NCBI GenBank assembly: GCA_021325455.1
Contig: JAJPHD010000009.1
Coordinates: 65,792 to 129,791, forward strand
Length of the DNA stretch: 64,000 nt
Reading direction: 5' to 3'
Source: Actinomycetota bacterium
Lineage (GTDB): Bacteria > Actinomycetota > Acidimicrobiia > Acidimicrobiales > JAJPHD01
In this document: positions 39,349 to 48,909 of the stretch, one piece after another
Layout: each line of letters starts with the position of its first letter
Position numbering within the stretch: position 1 is the first letter of the stretch
Program-made: the position numbers and the translations under genes
The notes under the pieces: model-generated
Told to the model about the DNA's origin: nothing
The model's input: only the letters and a program-made list of their open reading frames with translations
Databases searched by the model: none

Positions 39349-40551
39349 TCAAACCCTCCGGCGCGCCGCCGCCCGGTAGGCGTCAACGTGGCCCTCGACA
39401 CTCGCCCCCCAGGTGTAGCGGGAGGCGACCTCCAGACCCCTGGCCCGGCGCGCCGCGAGGCCGTCGTCCCCCCGTACCAGCATGTCCAGAGCGCCGGCCA
39501 GGCCCTCGATGTCCCCCGGCTCGACCAGCAAGGCGGCCCCGTCGGCCAGCTCCTCCATCACCGTTCCGGCCGTGGTCACCAGGGGGGTCCCCGTGGCCAG
39601 GGCCTCCAGGACGGGGAGACCGAAGCCCTCCTCGAGGGCGGGATAGGCCACGGCCGCCGCCCGCCGGAGCAACTCGGGCACGGCCGCTTCCGGCACGTAG
39701 CCCAGCCGGACCACCCGTTCGGGGTGGCGGGCCTCGGCGATGACCTGGGCGAGGGCCTTCTCCCCCCAACCCGGGGCGCCAGCCACCACGAGGCGCAGGC
39801 TGGGATGGGCCGGGCACATGCGGTCGAAGGCCTGAACCAGGGTAGGGACGTCCTTGCGGGGCTCCACGGTGCCCATGAAGGCCACGTAGGGCCAGTTGAT
39901 CCCGAGCCGGGCCAGGACCTCGGGCATGGGCGATCCGGGGCCTCCGCCCCCCTCGGGGGGGGCGGGGCTGAACCGGTCCAGGTCCACTCCGTGGGGCACG
40001 ACCCGGACCTCGCCCGCCGGAGGGCACAGCTCCATCAGCCTCCTCGCCGTGGTATGGCTGACGCAGACCAGCACTTCGGCCTGGGCCGCCGCCACCCGCA
40101 CCGCCCGGCGGAAGACGACGACCTTTGAACGGTCGTGCCACTCGGGGTGGTCGAAGAAGGTGAGGTCGTGGATCGTCACCACCTTGGGCACCGATGCCCC
40201 CTCCGGCATGGTGTAGTGCGGGCCGTGGTGCACGTCCACGGGGAGGCGGGCCAGCAGCCGCGGCAGGCGGGCCTGCTCCCAGAGCAGCCGCATCGGCCGG
40301 GGATCGGGCACCACGGCCTGCACCGAGGCCCGGGGCACGGCCCCCCTCCACCGCCGGGCGTCGCCGGAGCGTGCCAGCAAGGTCAGGTCCAGGTCCGCTC
40401 GGGACCCCAGCGCCTGGGCCAGGGTGACCGTGTAGCGGCCGGCTCCCGCCGGCCTGGCGGGCACGGCGCTCACGTCCAGGCTGACCGCCAAGCGCTCGTC
40501 GGCACCTGTCCCCCGGTCGGCCTCTACCGACCGGTTGGACGGGCCCCTCAT
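39349..40551 (-). CDS. Glycosyltransferase family 4
   Basis: VTIHDL, GTVEPRKD, EEGFGLPVLEA. ATGA overlap. Confidence 0.9.
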   Translation of the reverse strand: MRGPSNRSVEADRGTGADERLAVSLDVSAVPARPAGAGRYTVTLAQALGSRADLDLTLLARSGDARRWRGAVPRASVQAVVPDPRPMRLLWEQARLPRLLARLPVDVHHGPHYTMPEGASVPKVVTIHDLTFFDHPEWHDRSKVVVFRRAVRVAAAQAEVLVCVSHTTARRLMELCPPAGEVRVVPHGVDLDRFSPAPPEGGGGPGSPMPEVLARLGINWPYVAFMGTVEPRKDVPTLVQAFDRMCPAHPSLRLVVAGAPGWGEKALAQVIAEARHPERVVRLGYVPEAAVPELLRRAAAVAYPALEEGFGLPVLEALATGTPLVTTAGTVMEELADGAALLVEPGDIEGLAGALDMLVRGDDGLAARRARGLEVASRYTWGASVEGHVDAYRAAARRRV

Positions 40552-41618
40552 GCCGCCTCCTCCCAGACCTCGACATGGGCCCTCGCTGCCTCGGCCCAGG
40601 TGAGCCGGGACGCCCGGGCCCTCCCCCTGGCCACCAGATGGGCCCGTAGCTCCTCGTCGGTGGATGCCGCCACGATGGCCTCCGCCATGCGACCGACGTC
40701 GCGCGGGTCCACCTCCAGGGCCTGGCCGGCGGTGCTCGGCATGGGGCTGGCCACGACCGGGGTGCCAAGGGCCATGGCCTCGATGGCTGGGAGGCCCCAC
40801 CCCTCCAGCAGAGGGACGTAAGCCAGGCAGCGGGCGGCGGCGTAGAGCCCGCTCAGCTCGCCGGCGCTGGCCTCTCCCAGGAGGACCACACCCGGCGGGG
40901 CCGCCAGCCTGGGACCCCAGCCCCGCGGGCCCACCACAACCAGGGGCCAGGGCTCGGGCAGCCTGGGCCGGGCCTGGGCGAAGGCCTGAACCAGGCGGGC
41001 CAGGTTCTTGCGGGGCTCCATGGTGCCCACGCTCAGCAGGTAGGGGCCCTCCACTCCGGCCTGCGCCAGCCTGGCTCGCGCCGCCTCCCGGTCCGGGGGG
41101 GCCAGGTGGTCGCAGCCCTCTTCCACCACCGTGACCGTACCGGCAGCCACCCCTGCCCGCACGAGGGCGTCGGCGGTGGCGGTGGAGGGAACGATGAGCC
41201 TGCGCGCCCGGGACAGGGTCCGGGCCAGCGCCGCCTCGTGCCAGCGGCGGGCCCGGGGCGGGAAGGTCTCGGGCAGGCAGCGCCACGCCAGGTCATGGAC
41301 ACAGGCAACGGCTGGCACGGGCCCGGTGGGGGGAAGGGCCACCGACACGGCGTGGACCAGGTCCAAGCCGCCGACTTCGGGTACCAGGCCAGCGTGCCAA
41401 GCCCGGCTGGCCAGCAGGCCGGGCAGGCGGGACGCCCGGACAGGGGGCCCCAGGGCCGCCAGGGGGTCGGGCCGGCGCTGGGGCCGACTGGCCAGCAACA
41501 ACAGCTCCGGCGCCTCGCCGCCGAGCTGGGCCAAGCCCTGGATGAGCCCGCGCGCGTAGGTCCCGATCCCGCCGGGGACCGCCCGGCGGAGCTGCTCGAC
41601 GACCAGACCGACCCTCAC
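40548..41618 (-). CDS. Glycosyltransferase family 4
   Basis: GGIGTY, VHDL, GTMEPRKN, EGWGLPAIEA. Confidence 0.9.
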   Translation of the reverse strand: MRVGLVVEQLRRAVPGGIGTYARGLIQGLAQLGGEAPELLLLASRPQRRPDPLAALGPPVRASRLPGLLASRAWHAGLVPEVGGLDLVHAVSVALPPTGPVPAVACVHDLAWRCLPETFPPRARRWHEAALARTLSRARRLIVPSTATADALVRAGVAAGTVTVVEEGCDHLAPPDREAARARLAQAGVEGPYLLSVGTMEPRKNLARLVQAFAQARPRLPEPWPLVVVGPRGWGPRLAAPPGVVLLGEASAGELSGLYAAARCLAYVPLLEGWGLPAIEAMALGTPVVASPMPSTAGQALEVDPRDVGRMAEAIVAASTDEELRAHLVARGRARASRLTWAEAARAHVEVWEEAA

Positions 41619-42805
41619 CCTCCCCCCTTCCGGCTGGACACAGCCTCTGCGTACAGCCTGGCCAGCCCCTCAGCACAGTCGGCCCAGCGGTAGCTCCCGA
41701 CCCTGGCGCGCCCCCGCTGCACCAGTTGGCGCCTCACCGCCTCGTCGTCCAGTACCCGGCTGAGGGCTGAGGCCAGGGCGACCGGGTCTCCTACAGGCAC
41801 CAGCTCCGCCCCGTCGCCCAGCACCTCCGGCAGGGCGCCGGCCCTGGTCGCCACCACCGGTACCCCGGCTGCCATGGCTTCCAGGGGCGGGAACCCGAAT
41901 CCCTCGTAGACGGAGGGGTAGGCGAACGCGGCAGCCCCTGCCAACAGCGAGTCCCGCCGCTCACCCCCCACCCATCCGAGACGGAGGATCCGCCTCCGGT
42001 GGGGGGACCGTTCCAGGGCGGCGGCCATGTCAGCCACCCCCCACCCGTCCGGCCCGGCCAGCACCAGGGCCACGTCCGGGTGGCCGGAGGCCAGCTCGTC
42101 GAAGGCTCTCACCAGTCCCGGGAGGTCCTTGCGGGGCTCCACGGTCCCGAGGGCCAGGATGTAGCGCGACGTACCGGAGGGGAGGGTCAGGGCCCTCTGC
42201 CCCGTCCCGGCCGGACGGTCCGGCAACCACACGCCGTGGTGCACCGCCCGCACCCGCTCCGGGTCCACCCCGAGCAGCTCGACGACCTCCTGGGCCACCC
42301 AGTGAGAGGGGGTATGCACCCAGGCCCCCCGGGAGGCGGCCCGGCGCACCAGGGCAGGAAAGCGCCTGCTCACCGGCTCGCACATCTCGGGGAAGCGCAG
42401 GGCCGTGAGGTCGTGCACGGTTACGACCCTGGCCGCCCGCCGGGCCGGCGGGACGACGAAGTTGGACCCATGGACAAGGTCCATCGGTCCGGCCAGCCAC
42501 TCGATGGGCGGAAGCTCGGTCATGCTCCAGGCCCAGTGCAGGGGGCGGGCGGGCAGGGGGCGGTCCACCCGGACGACGCCGGCCGGCAGCCGGCAGGCCA
42601 GGGCGTGGCGGGTCCTCCAGGTCACGGCGAAGGCGCGGACTTCCAGATCCCCCCGAGACGCCAGCGCCCCCAGCGCCCCGGAGCAGAAGGTGGCCACCCC
42701 GGTCCGGGTCCCGAGGAGCGGAGTGGCATCCATGGCCACGCGCAGCCGCCCCTCCACCGCACCGGAGCTCAGGGCTCCGGCCGGTCGGGTCCGGGTGGCT
42801 GGCAC
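41615..42805 (-). CDS. Glycosyltransferase family 4
   Basis: RTGV, VTVHDL, GTVEPRKD, EGFGFPPLEA. Start uncertain. Confidence 0.9.
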   Translation of the reverse strand: MPATRTRPAGALSSGAVEGRLRVAMDATPLLGTRTGVATFCSGALGALASRGDLEVRAFAVTWRTRHALACRLPAGVVRVDRPLPARPLHWAWSMTELPPIEWLAGPMDLVHGSNFVVPPARRAARVVTVHDLTALRFPEMCEPVSRRFPALVRRAASRGAWVHTPSHWVAQEVVELLGVDPERVRAVHHGVWLPDRPAGTGQRALTLPSGTSRYILALGTVEPRKDLPGLVRAFDELASGHPDVALVLAGPDGWGVADMAAALERSPHRRRILRLGWVGGERRDSLLAGAAAFAYPSVYEGFGFPPLEAMAAGVPVVATRAGALPEVLGDGAELVPVGDPVALASALSRVLDDEAVRRQLVQRGRARVGSYRWADCAEGLARLYAEAVSSRKGGG

Positions 42806-42860
42806 GCTGGCCAGCCTTCCACACGCACAGACCGGGAGCGACAGCGCCTACCCTCCGAGC

Positions 42861-43796
42861 GTGATCACCGCCCTGGCCGGAGGCGTAGGTGCTGCCCGGC
42901 TCCTGGCGCCCCTGTGCCGGGCGGTGGGGCCCGCTCGGGTTCACGCCGTGGTCAACACCGGCGATGACGAGGTCCTCCATGGCCTGCACATAAGCCCGGA
43001 CCTCGACACCGTCACCTACACCCTCGCCGGCGCCGCCAACCCCACGACAGGTTGGGGCCTGGCGGGCGAGACCTGGCGGGTCATGGAAGCCCTGGAGCGC
43101 TACAGGGGCCAGACCTGGTTCCGCCTGGGGGACCGGGACCTGGCCACCCACCTGTACCGGACCCAGCGCCTGGCCGAGGGGGCCCCCCTGTCGGCCGTCG
43201 CGGGGGAGATCGCCAAAGCCTGGGGCATTCGATCTCACCTCATGCCGATGACAGACGACGAGGTGCGGACCCGGGTGACCCTGGCCGGCGGCGAGGAGGT
43301 CAGCTTCCAGGACTACTTCGTGCGCCGCCGGCACTCGGTGGCGGTGACCGGGCTGCGCTTCGAGGGGGCGGCAACCTCCCGCCCTGCCCCGGGGGTCCTG
43401 GAGGCGGTGGCGGGGGCGGAGCGGCTAATCATCTGCCCTTCCAACCCACTGGTCTCCATTGCCCCCATCCTGGCCGTGCCGGGGGTCGAGGAGGCCGTGA
43501 GGGCCCGGCGCCAAGACGTAGTTGCCATCTCGCCCATCGTGGCCGGGGCCGCCCTCAAGGGCCCCGCTGACCGGCTCTTGGCCGAGCTGGGCCACGAGGC
43601 GTCGGTGGTAGGAGTGGCCCGTCTCTGGGCACCCATAGCGGGGACCCTGATCGTCGACGAGGCCGATGCCGGCCTGGCCAGGCAGGTGGAGGCGGAGGGC
43701 ATGGACTGCCTGGTGGCCCCCACGGTGATGGACCGCCCCGGGGTGGGTGAGTCCCTGGCCCGGCTGGCCGTCGGAGATACGCTGAGCGCCTCCTGA
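42861..43796 (+). CDS. cofD: 2-phospho-L-lactate transferase (F420 biosynthesis, FbiA)
   Basis: LAGGVGAAR, VNTGDD, SPDLDT, WFRLGDRDLATH, PSNPLVSI, KGPAD. Confidence 0.95.
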   Translation: MITALAGGVGAARLLAPLCRAVGPARVHAVVNTGDDEVLHGLHISPDLDTVTYTLAGAANPTTGWGLAGETWRVMEALERYRGQTWFRLGDRDLATHLYRTQRLAEGAPLSAVAGEIAKAWGIRSHLMPMTDDEVRTRVTLAGGEEVSFQDYFVRRRHSVAVTGLRFEGAATSRPAPGVLEAVAGAERLIICPSNPLVSIAPILAVPGVEEAVRARRQDVVAISPIVAGAALKGPADRLLAELGHEASVVGVARLWAPIAGTLIVDEADAGLARQVEAEGMDCLVAPTVMDRPGVGESLARLAVGDTLSAS

Positions 43797-43801
43797 GCCC
43801 C

Positions 43802-44500
43802 ATGGGACCCGTCACCGTCATCCCCGTGCCCGGCTTCCCGGAGGTGCGCCCGGGGGACGTGCTGTCCGACCTGGTGGCCGAGCGCGCCGATCTGGCCGAC
43901 GGGGACGTGGTGGTGGTCACCCAGAAGGTCGTCTCCAAGGCCGAAGGCCGTCTGGTCCCGGTGAAGCCCGATGACCGCCCCTCGGTGCAGGCGGTGGTGG
44001 AGGCCGAGGCCGTCCGCGTGCTGAGGCGCAGAGGGGACCTGCTCATGACCGAGACCCGCCACGGGTTCGTCTGCGCCAACGCCGGGGTGGACCTCTCCAA
44101 CGTCGAGAGGGGGTGGGCGGCCCTGCTCCCGCTCGACCCCGACCGCAGCGCCCGCAGGCTGCGCGACGGCCTGAGGGCCAGGCTGGGAGTGCAGGTGGGA
44201 GTGATCGTGTCTGACACGTTCGGTCGGACCTGGCGGCGAGGCGTGACCGACGTGGCCATCGGCTGCGCCGGCGTGGCCGGGGTGGTCGACCTCAGGGGCA
44301 CCGAGGACGCCTTGGGACGCCAGCTCGTGGCTACGGAGGTGTGCGTGGCCGACGAGATCGCCGGTGCTGCGGAGCTGGTGATGGGCAAGGCCCAGGGGGT
44401 GCCGGTGGTGATCGTGAGAGGTCTCGAGGGATCATGGCTCCGGGAGGCTTCGGTGCGAGGGGAGATCGTGCGCCCTCATGCCGAGGACCTGTTCCGGTAG
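43802..44500 (+). CDS. cofE: Coenzyme F420-0:L-glutamate ligase (single domain)
   Basis: KVVSKAEG, CANAGVDLSN, SDTFGRTWRRG, ends EDLFR. Confidence 0.94.
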   Translation: MGPVTVIPVPGFPEVRPGDVLSDLVAERADLADGDVVVVTQKVVSKAEGRLVPVKPDDRPSVQAVVEAEAVRVLRRRGDLLMTETRHGFVCANAGVDLSNVERGWAALLPLDPDRSARRLRDGLRARLGVQVGVIVSDTFGRTWRRGVTDVAIGCAGVAGVVDLRGTEDALGRQLVATEVCVADEIAGAAELVMGKAQGVPVVIVRGLEGSWLREASVRGEIVRPHAEDLFR

Positions 44501-44607
44501 GCCACGGCCCAGGTTCCTGCCCCGGCACGGCCTCGCCCGCCCTCCGGTCGGCCCGGCCTCCTACCGGCCCTACCGGCCTGCCCGCGGCGGCTCCGCCCGG
44601 CTGGCCC

Positions 44608-44892
44608 TCAGGCCAGGATCCGGCTCAGCCCGGCCACGGCAATGAGGTCGAGCACCACGACTGGCGCCGCCTGGTAGAGGCGGCTGCGCGCCTGGCGGGT
44701 GCAGGCCGGGGTGGCATGGCGAGGCGGCCTGCTCCCTGGGACGGCGGGCCCTGGTCGAAGACCTGGTAGACGGCTGGCCGGCAGCTGTGGGAACGAGGTT
44801 GAGTACGGCAGGATGGCATAGGCCACGGCCCAGAGGGCCACCCCCAAGGCCCCCAGCTGGACGAGCCGGCGGAGCACCCCCACGACCGCCAA
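44608..44892 (-). CDS. Small hypothetical membrane protein (two hydrophobic segments)
   Basis: LVQLGALGVALWAVAYAILP and APVVVLDLIAVAGL. The frame stays open upstream, so the start is uncertain. Confidence 0.5.
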   Translation of the reverse strand: MAVVGVLRRLVQLGALGVALWAVAYAILPYSTSFPQLPASRLPGLRPGPAVPGSRPPRHATPACTRQARSRLYQAAPVVVLDLIAVAGLSRILA

Positions 44893-45227
44893 GCGCCATT
44901 GCCTCGGGAGCGGTTCGGCGGGGCCCCGGACGGGCCTGCCCGGGGGGACCAGCCGCTGGCCGCCGGCAGGTTGGCCAGCAGGAGCGGGAGCCCCCGGGGG
45001 AGCGCCGGGGGCGAGACGGAGCGGCCAGCAGGCACCTCCCTGCCCTGGGCCTGGAGAGGCCGCGCCCTTTCCCCCGCATGCCCGGATCCCTCCCGGCCGG
45101 GCGGTCCCGGGGAGGGGTGGGCCTGGCCGGCGGCCCGGCTCCGGCCGGTGCGATCACCCTGCCCCGGTCCCCGGCCCCCCCCGGTGCCGTTGTTCTCCGT
45201 GTCCGACCCTCCTCCCCAGCAGCGGGG

Positions 45228-46190
45228 TCAGCCCCTCGTCCTCCTCACCGAGTCCAGCACGGCAGCGGTGCCCTCCGCCAGAGCGGTCCAGGGAGCCCAT
45301 CCCAGGACCTTGCGAGCCTGGGCCGGGTTGAGAGCGGAGCGTTGCAGCTCCCCGGGCCGAGGGGGCGCCAGGGTGGGTGCCCGCTCCACCCCGGCGGCAC
45401 GGGCCATGGTCTCGTAGAGCTCCCTGACCGAGGTCTCGACCCCCGTCCCGATGTTGAGGACCTCCCCCCCGCCACGGCCCCCGGCCCTCACGAAGGCATC
45501 GACCACGTCGTCCACGAAGACGAAGTCGCGGGTCTGGCTCCCATCCCCGTAGATGGTGCAGGGCTCGCCGGCCAGCAGATGGCCGGCGAAGATGGCGACC
45601 ACCCCGGCTTCGCCGTGGGGGTCCTGGCGGGGCCCGTACACGTTGGCCAGGGCCAGGGCCGAGAAGTCGAGGCCGTGCAGCTCTCGATAGGCGACCAGGT
45701 AGTCGATGGCCGACTTCTTGGACACTCCGTAGGGGGACAGCGGCCGCCAGGGGCAGTCCTCCGCCAGGGGCAGGAGGGCGGGGTCCGGGTCCCCGTAGAG
45801 GGTGCCGCCGCTGGCGGCCAGCACCACCCGCTCGGCGCCGGCAGCCCGGGCCCCCTCGAGGACCCTGATGGTGCCCAGGATGTTCACGTCGGCGTCGAAG
45901 TGGGGGCGGGCCACGGACACCCGCACGTCGGCCTGGGCGGCCAGGTGGTAGACGACCGACGGGCGCCGCCGGGACATCAGGCGGACCAGGTCCTCGGAGC
46001 GGATGTCCATCTGGTGGAAGGTGAGGCGCCCTGCTCCTGACGCCCGGGCATCGGACAGGTTCGCCAAGGACCCCGACGAGAGGTCGTCGATGACATCCAC
46101 CCGCCGGCCCTCGGCCAGTAGCCGGTCCACCAGGGTCGAGCCGATGAAGCCCGCCCCACCGGTGACCAGGGCCAAGCCGGGATCGCTCAT
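45228..46190 (-). CDS. NAD-dependent epimerase (UDP-glucose 4-epimerase-like)
   Basis: TGGAGFIG, HLAAQADVRVS, PYGVSK, NVYGPRQDPHGEAGVV. Confidence 0.9.
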   Translation of the reverse strand: MSDPGLALVTGGAGFIGSTLVDRLLAEGRRVDVIDDLSSGSLANLSDARASGAGRLTFHQMDIRSEDLVRLMSRRRPSVVYHLAAQADVRVSVARPHFDADVNILGTIRVLEGARAAGAERVVLAASGGTLYGDPDPALLPLAEDCPWRPLSPYGVSKKSAIDYLVAYRELHGLDFSALALANVYGPRQDPHGEAGVVAIFAGHLLAGEPCTIYGDGSQTRDFVFVDDVVDAFVRAGGRGGGEVLNIGTGVETSVRELYETMARAAGVERAPTLAPPRPGELQRSALNPAQARKVLGWAPWTALAEGTAAVLDSVRRTRG

Positions 46191-47260
46191 GGCCCCATGC
46201 GGGCGCCACTGGCCCTCACCCCGTCGGCGACGGTCACCCGGTTGCCCACCACGCAGAGGTCGCTCAGCCAGGCCTTGGACCCCACCCGAGCCCCCTCCCC
46301 CACTATGGAGCCCTCCACCACCGCCCCGGCACCGACCACCGCCCCGGCCATCACCACCGAGCCTTCCACCAAGGCCCCTCCTTCGATCCTGGCCCCGATC
46401 CCGACGACCGACCCCGAGACCCGGGCCTCGCGGGCCACGAAGGCGGCGTCGGCCACCAGGGCCGGCCCGGCTATTTCCCCGTCGATGACGGGGGACCCTG
46501 TAGCCCAGCGCCCCCCGCCCAGGTCCCTGGCGCCCGGCGCCGGGGGGGTCCCCCGCACCCCCGAGATCAGGTCCTTGCAGGCCGCCAGGTAGCTGGGGAG
46601 CGTCCCTGCATCCACCCAGTAGGCGTCGGATGCCCAGGCCCACAAGGCGCCGTCGGCCACCATGGAGGGGAAGGTGTCCCTCTCCACCGACACCGGCCCC
46701 CCGGCGGGGATGCGGGCCAGCACCGAGGGCTCCATGACATAGGTGCCGGCGTTGATGAACCGGGAGGGATAGGGGGGACCTGGCTTCTCCAGGAAGGCCT
46801 GGACCCTGCCCTCCCCATCCGTTGTGACCACACCAAAGGCCGACGGGTCGGCCACAGGAGCCAGGTGGATGGTGGTCTCCGCTCCGATCCGACGGTGGAA
46901 TGCAACCAAGGCGGACAGGTCGGCGTCGGTGAGGACATCGCCGTTGACGGCGAGGAAGGTCTCCTCCACCTCCGCCTCGGTGGCCGCAAAGCGGATGGCT
47001 CCCCCCGTGTCCAGGGGCAGGGGGTCGACGGCATACATGAGGCGGACCCCGCACGCCTTTCCGTCGGGGTAGGCGGAAAGGAAGGCGTCGGGACGGTAGC
47101 CGAGGGACAGCACGGCCTCGTCCACTCCGTGGGCTGCCAGGTGCCCGAGCACCCGCTCGATCATGCGGACCTCCACCACGGCGAGGAGCTGCTTGGGGGT
47201 GTCCAGGGTGAGGGGGCGGAGGCGGGTCCCCTCCCCGCCCACCAGGACCACGGCCTTCAC
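46187..47260 (-). CDS. NDP-sugar synthase, probable mannose-1-phosphate guanylyltransferase
   Basis: VGGEGTRLRPLT..PKQLL, NGDVL, FLEKP, C-terminal hexapeptide repeats. Confidence 0.88.
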   Translation of the reverse strand: MKAVVLVGGEGTRLRPLTLDTPKQLLAVVEVRMIERVLGHLAAHGVDEAVLSLGYRPDAFLSAYPDGKACGVRLMYAVDPLPLDTGGAIRFAATEAEVEETFLAVNGDVLTDADLSALVAFHRRIGAETTIHLAPVADPSAFGVVTTDGEGRVQAFLEKPGPPYPSRFINAGTYVMEPSVLARIPAGGPVSVERDTFPSMVADGALWAWASDAYWVDAGTLPSYLAACKDLISGVRGTPPAPGARDLGGGRWATGSPVIDGEIAGPALVADAAFVAREARVSGSVVGIGARIEGGALVEGSVVMAGAVVGAGAVVEGSIVGEGARVGSKAWLSDLCVVGNRVTVADGVRASGARMGP

Positions 47261-47997
47261 GGCTTGGTGGTGGAGGTGTGCTTGGCGTGCCTCCCGTGGG
47301 CGGTCGTCGAGGTGCGCGCCCCGGGGGCAGTGGTCGAGGTGGTCACGGGGGCCGAGGTGGCGGCCGAGGCCTTGAGGAGGTTGGCGGCCGAGGGTGGCTT
47401 GGGGATGTTGGCGCCCGCAGGCACAAAGGCAATGGTGATGAGCTGCCCGTTCTCGAGCAGCAGGCCGGCCGGGTCGCTCACGACGTGGCCGGTCGAGGAG
47501 GCCAGGCTGTTCCACACCTTCACCTGTACCTGGCCGGGCTTGGCACCGCACAGGTCCCCGTCGTGCCATACCTTCTTGCCCGGGTAGCGGAGCGTGGAGG
47601 AGGACAGCTCCATGCCCGGGTAGTCCTTCACGAACCGCCCCAGGGTGGCGTCGTGCCCGGTGTCGGGCTGGCCCGCAAGCGGCTGGATGTTGATGATGCC
47701 CTGCCCCAAGGTGTTGATCCCGACCTGGGAGGCGTTCGGGTTGGGCTTGGGGGCGGGCTGCAGCTTGCCGCAGATGTCGAAGGCGAAGGCGGCGTGCCAG
47801 TGGTCGTGGACAGTCGGCGGGACGGCAGAGGCCGGGTGGTGGGCCTGGTAGCGGCTGAAGCCCACCGTGGCCAGCCCGAGCAGCACCACGATCACCAGCG
47901 TGATGTAGTAACCAAAGGGGGTCTGGCGCCGGCGGGTCCGGCTCCCCCCTGTGCGGGCGGCACGGGCGATCTTCCTGCCTACCGGTCCTCGAGCCAT
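47257..47997 (-). CDS. Membrane-anchored hypothetical protein
   Basis: Basic N-terminus, one TM, DHWHAAFAFDICG, Thr-rich tail. Translationally coupled to the next gene. Confidence 0.8.
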   Translation of the reverse strand: MARGPVGRKIARAARTGGSRTRRRQTPFGYYITLVIVVLLGLATVGFSRYQAHHPASAVPPTVHDHWHAAFAFDICGKLQPAPKPNPNASQVGINTLGQGIINIQPLAGQPDTGHDATLGRFVKDYPGMELSSSTLRYPGKKVWHDGDLCGAKPGQVQVKVWNSLASSTGHVVSDPAGLLLENGQLITIAFVPAGANIPKPPSAANLLKASAATSAPVTTSTTAPGARTSTTAHGRHAKHTSTTKP

Positions 47998-48012
47998 GGT
48001 CGAAGCAGCACC

Positions 48013-48909
48013 CTACCCGTTGTCGGAGGGCGAAGGGGCTCGCCTCGAGCTCAGCCAGTAGCGGCCGCACGCCAGCGCCCCTCTCACGGCCAGTCCGGTG
48101 GCCACGACCGGGAGGAGGGCCCGCCGGCGCCCCTTGGTCGTCCGGCCGGCGAAGTGCAGCAGCGACCGGTGATGGGCGGCGATCATGCGATAGGGGTGCC
48201 GTCCGGCCGAGACGCCCTGCAGGTGGGTCACCCGGGCGGAAGGCTCGTAGGCCACCTCCCACCCGGCCTGCCGGGCCCGCCAGCACAGGTCCACGTCCTC
48301 GGAGTACATGAAGTAGGACTCGTCGAAGCCCCCCAGCCCCTCTAGCACCGACCGCCGGGCGAGGAAGCAGGCACCCGATACCCAGTCGACCAGCCTCGGT
48401 TCCGAATGGTCCCAGTCGGCCATGTGATACCGGCGGCTCCAGCGGTTGTTGGGAGCGACCAGCCCGAGGAAGCCGTGGCCCACGGCGTCGGCCAGGCGGG
48501 GAAAGGTGCGGGCCGAGGGGTACAGGCGGCCGTCGGCCTCCTCGAGGCGGGGCCCCACCAGGGCGACCCGGGGGCTGGCGTCGAGCGCCGCCACCAGCGC
48601 CGCCACTGCGCCGCCCTGGACGATGATGTCGGGGTTCCCGACCAGGACCAGCTCGTGCCGGCAGGCGGCCAAGCCCCGGTTGGCCCCTGCGCCGTAGCCG
48701 GCGTTCCGCCCCGTGTCCACCACCCTGGTGCCAGGGTCGGCCGCCCGCAGGGCGTCTATGGACCCATCGGTGGACCGGTTGTCCACCACGACCACCTCCT
48801 GCACGCCCTCTGACCGTAGGCTCCTCACGCACCTGAGCAGGTGGGGCCCGGCGTTGTAGTTGACGATCACGGCCCCCACCCGCTCGCCGACCGGTACGGG
48901 AGCGGTCAC
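48013..48909 (-). CDS. Glycosyltransferase family 2 (WbbL-like)
   Basis: [37 protein letters not shown]. Confidence 0.9.
   Translation of the reverse strand: MTAPVPVGERVGAVIVNYNAGPHLLRCVRSLRSEGVQEVVVVDNRSTDGSIDALRAADPGTRVVDTGRNAGYGAGANRGLAACRHELVLVGNPDIIVQGGAVAALVAALDASPRVALVGPRLEEADGRLYPSARTFPRLADAVGHGFLGLVAPNNRWSRRYHMADWDHSEPRLVDWVSGACFLARRSVLEGLGGFDESYFMYSEDVDLCWRARQAGWEVAYEPSARVTHLQGVSAGRHPYRMIAAHHRSLLHFAGRTTKGRRRALLPVVATGLAVRGALACGRYWLSSRRAPSPSDNG

Noticed and set aside
45190-45227. Faint resemblance to the RNase P RNA 5' motif (GGGGAGGAGGGTCGGAC)
   Set aside because: Lacks the invariant GAGGAAAGTCC and the 3' ACAGAA...GGCTTA elements.
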